Origin: Mycobacterium tuberculosis H37Rv
Lineage (GTDB): Bacteria; Actinomycetota; Actinomycetes; Mycobacteriales; Mycobacteriaceae
DNA: 32,000 bases
Assembly (NCBI RefSeq): GCF_000195955.2
Contig: NC_000962.3
Coordinates: forward strand, 1,380,001 to 1,412,000
Direction: 5' to 3'
Each line of letters opens with the position of its first letter. The stretch's first letter is position 1. The notes beneath the pieces were generated by a model, which did no database searches, was not told the origin of the DNA, and saw only the letters and a list, made by a program, of their open reading frames with translations. The translations under genes were made by a program, and so were the position numbers. Positions 29,443-32,000 of the stretch are shown piece by piece.

Positions 29443-29460
29443 GCCGGCAAATTTACCGGC
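29443..29460. terminator. Near-palindrome GCCGGCAAATTTACCGGC between convergent genes
   Basis: GCCGG/CCGGC arms around an AT core in the Rv1260/Rv1261c convergent gap. Confidence 0.3.
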
Positions 29461-29483
29461 TCGACGCGCAGAAGCGCCGAGAT

Positions 29484-29933
29484 TTAGCGGCGGGTCAATA
29501 CGACGACCGGGATTGGCCGTGACGTCCGGCTCTGGTAGTTGGTGTATCGGTTGGCGTTGTTCTCGTTGACGATCTGCCAGAGCCGCGCGTAGTCCGGGTC
29601 GTGGGGCTGCACCGGTTTCGCTGTCACACCGAATCGCTTGGGCCCGACGTTGATTTCGACGTCCGGGTTGGCCTTGAGGTTGTGGTACCAACCCGGCGAG
29701 CGGGGATCGCCACCTTTGGACGCCACGATCAGGTACGCGTCGCCGTCGCGAGCATAGGTGAGTGACGTGGTTCGCGGCTGGCTCGTCTTGGCGCCGGTGG
29801 TATGCAGCAGCAAACTCGGTGGCGCGCCGGGGATTCGGTGTCCGATCCGACCGTTAGTGCCTCGGTAGATCGCGTCGTGCAGCCTGAGCAGCTGCACGCC
29901 TACGTGGCGCTCAAGCCATCGGGAAATGTCCAT
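29484..29933 (-). CDS. Deazaflavin(F420)-dependent nitroreductase family (Ddn homologue)
   Basis: 149 aa. 'LLLHTTGAKTSQPRTTSLTYARDGDAYLIVASKGGDPRSPGWYHNLKANPDVEI'. Rv1261c. Confidence 0.92.
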   Translation of the reverse strand: MDISRWLERHVGVQLLRLHDAIYRGTNGRIGHRIPGAPPSLLLHTTGAKTSQPRTTSLTYARDGDAYLIVASKGGDPRSPGWYHNLKANPDVEINVGPKRFGVTAKPVQPHDPDYARLWQIVNENNANRYTNYQSRTSRPIPVVVLTRR

Positions 29934-29937
29934 GGGG

Positions 29938-30372
29938 TCAGTCTTGCGCAGCGGCATCCTGTTGCGCCAGCGCCTCCCGCAGGATCCGTCCGGTGGCTTC
30001 CCGGTCCGGGTCGCGGCGCAGCATCATTCCCTTGGCGACCGACAGCTTGTCGCCGTTGCGCGGCGGTAATACGTGCAAGTGAACGTGGAACACCGTCTGA
30101 AAAGCGGCACGGCCGTCGTTGATGGCGATGTGTGTCGCGTCAGCCAACTTCGTGGCGCGGGCCGCCCGCGCGATGCGTTGGCCGATGGCGACCATGTCAG
30201 CCAACGCCTCCGGCGGGGTGTCGGTGAGGTCAACGGTGTGTCGCTTGGGCAGCACCAGCGTGTGGCCGCGGGTGAACGGGCGGATGTCGAGGATCGCGAG
30301 ATAGCCGCCGTCCTCGTAGATCCGGATGGCCGGAGCCTCCCCGGCGATGATCGCACAGAACACGCAGGGCAT
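29938..30372 (-). CDS. HIT-family protein
   Basis: 144 aa from ATG 30372. 'CVFCAIIAGEAPAIRIYED', HIT motif 'FHVHLHVLPPR'. Rv1262c. Confidence 0.94.
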   Translation of the reverse strand: MPCVFCAIIAGEAPAIRIYEDGGYLAILDIRPFTRGHTLVLPKRHTVDLTDTPPEALADMVAIGQRIARAARATKLADATHIAINDGRAAFQTVFHVHLHVLPPRNGDKLSVAKGMMLRRDPDREATGRILREALAQQDAAAQD

Positions 30373-30430
30373 GTCGCTACGGTACTGGACCTCTCGGAGA
30401 CCGCCCAAGTGAACGGGATACGCTGCCGCC

Positions 30431-31819
30431 GTGGACCCTACTGACCTGGCCTTCGCCGGTGCCGCGGCACAGGCGCGGATGCTGGCTGACGGTGCACTCA
30501 CCGCGCCGATGCTGCTCGAGGTCTACCTGCAACGAATTGAGCGTCTGGACAGCCACCTGCGCGCCTACCGGGTGGTGCAGTTCGACCGGGCGCGTGCGGA
30601 GGCCGAGGCCGCCCAGCAACGCCTCGACGCCGGTGAGCGGCTGCCGCTCCTGGGCGTGCCGATCGCCATCAAAGATGATGTCGACATCGCCGGGGAGGTG
30701 ACGACATACGGCAGCGCCGGGCACGGTCCGGCCGCGACGTCCGACGCAGAGGTGGTTCGCCGGCTGCGCGCGGCAGGCGCTGTCATCATCGGCAAAACCA
30801 ACGTGCCTGAGTTGATGATCATGCCCTTCACCGAGTCGCTGGCCTTCGGGGCCACCCGGAATCCGTGGTGCCTCAATCGAACCCCTGGCGGCAGCAGCGG
30901 CGGCAGCGCTGCGGCGGTAGCGGCCGGGCTGGCGCCAGTGGCACTGGGATCCGATGGTGGCGGATCGATTCGTATCCCGTGTACCTGGTGCGGTCTGTTT
31001 GGGCTGAAACCACAGCGCGATCGGATTTCCTTGGAGCCGCACGACGGGGCCTGGCAGGGGCTGAGCGTCAATGGCCCGATCGCGCGGTCGGTAATGGACG
31101 CGGCGTTGCTACTGGACGCGACCACAACGGTGCCTGGTCCCGAAGGCGAGTTTGTGGCCGCGGCCGCACGCCAACCCGGCCGGCTGCGAATTGCCTTGAG
31201 CACCAGGGTTCCAACCCCGCTGCCCGTTAGGTGCGGCAAGCAAGAACTGGCAGCCGTCCACCAGGCAGGTGCGTTGCTACGTGATCTGGGCCACGACGTC
31301 GTCGTCCGCGATCCCGACTATCCGGCTTCGACCTATGCCAACTACCTGCCCCGCTTTTTCCGCGGTATCAGCGACGACGCGGACGCGCAGGCGCACCCGG
31401 ACCGCCTCGAAGCACGTACCCGAGCCATAGCGCGTCTAGGGTCGTTCTTCTCCGACCGGCGGATGGCGGCCCTGCGGGCCGCCGAGGTGGTGCTGAGCAG
31501 CCGGATCCAGTCGATCTTCGACGATGTCGACGTAGTTGTGACGCCAGGCGCCGCGACCGGCCCGTCCCGCATCGGCGCCTACCAACGCCGGGGTGCAGTT
31601 TCGACGTTGCTGCTGGTGGTGCAGCGGGTTCCGTACTTTCAAGTCTGGAATCTGACCGGCCAGCCCGCGGCCGTGGTGCCGTGGGACTTCGACGGCGACG
31701 GCCTGCCCATGTCGGTTCAACTCGTCGGCCGGCCGTATGACGAGGCGACGCTGCTGGCACTGGCCGCACAGATCGAATCTGCCAGACCCTGGGCCCATCG
31801 GCGGCCGTCGGTGTCATGA
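30431..31819 (+). CDS. amiB2: Amidase (amidase-signature family)
   Basis: 462 aa, GTG start. 'GVPIAIKDDVDIAG', 'NRTPGGSSGGSAAAVAAGLAPVALGSDGGGSIRIP'. Confidence 0.95.
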   Translation: MDPTDLAFAGAAAQARMLADGALTAPMLLEVYLQRIERLDSHLRAYRVVQFDRARAEAEAAQQRLDAGERLPLLGVPIAIKDDVDIAGEVTTYGSAGHGPAATSDAEVVRRLRAAGAVIIGKTNVPELMIMPFTESLAFGATRNPWCLNRTPGGSSGGSAAAVAAGLAPVALGSDGGGSIRIPCTWCGLFGLKPQRDRISLEPHDGAWQGLSVNGPIARSVMDAALLLDATTTVPGPEGEFVAAAARQPGRLRIALSTRVPTPLPVRCGKQELAAVHQAGALLRDLGHDVVVRDPDYPASTYANYLPRFFRGISDDADAQAHPDRLEARTRAIARLGSFFSDRRMAALRAAEVVLSSRIQSIFDDVDVVVTPGAATGPSRIGAYQRRGAVSTLLLVVQRVPYFQVWNLTGQPAAVVPWDFDGDGLPMSVQLVGRPYDEATLLALAAQIESARPWAHRRPSVS

Positions 31820-31893
31820 CATTGCAGTCGCCCGCTCGTTTTTCACGTTTTTGCCCGGCCGCAGGACATGTGCGGCGGCGTTAACGTTGACTG

Positions 31894-32000
31894 GTGACAG
31901 ACCACGTGCGCGAGGCGGACGACGCGAACATCGACGATCTGTTGGGCGACCTGGGCGGTACCGCGCGCGCCGAGCGTGCGAAGCTTGTCGAGTGGTTGCT
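31894..32000 (+). CDS. 5' end of adenylate cyclase Rv1264 (truncated by window)
   Basis: GTG 31894, translating to [35 protein letters not shown]. Identity is from recall of the locus, not from catalytic motifs. Confidence 0.75.
   Translation, partial: MTDHVREADDANIDDLLGDLGGTARAERAKLVEWL

Noticed and set aside
1-32000. Search for tRNA/rRNA genes, IS elements, integrases or a defence island
   Set aside because: No transposase, integrase, Cas or restriction-modification motifs in the supplied ORFs and no evident tRNA cloverleaf by eye. A tRNAscan or ISfinder run would be needed for certainty.

Overview
GC-rich actinobacterial chromosomal window that I recognise as the Mycobacterium tuberculosis complex Rv1237-Rv1264 region. 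It is essentially all chromosomal genes, with no rRNA, tRNA, IS element, prophage or CRISPR array seen. Left to right: sugB (3' part), sugC, corA, mdh, vapBC33, PE_PGRS23, lpqZ, an SDR gene, relBE1, kgd (E2/E1 fusion), a membrane protein gene, an MFS exporter, a large RecB-like nuclease/RNase H-like/SF1 helicase fusion (Rv1251c), lprE, deaD, an acyltransferase-3 gene, a TetR-cyp130 pair, an FAD oxidase, a Tap-type MFS exporter, udgB, an FAD monooxygenase, a Ddn-family protein, a HIT protein, amiB2 and the 5' end of Rv1264. The signals most worth a second look are: (1) a triplicated direct/inverted repeat built from the kgd 3' end, forming a strong hairpin in front of relBE1; (2) a 20-nt perfect palindrome on the putative cyp130-tetR promoter; (3) the 4-Cys nuclease + DEDD-like + UPF1-like helicase fusion Rv1251c; (4) several -10-like hexamers placed 6-7 nt before start codons, suggesting leaderless transcripts, including both toxin-antitoxin operons; (5) colliding divergent starts at Rv1258c/udgB. 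I found no convincing wholly novel multi-gene system. Gene identities come from recall of families and of this genome; no database search was run.
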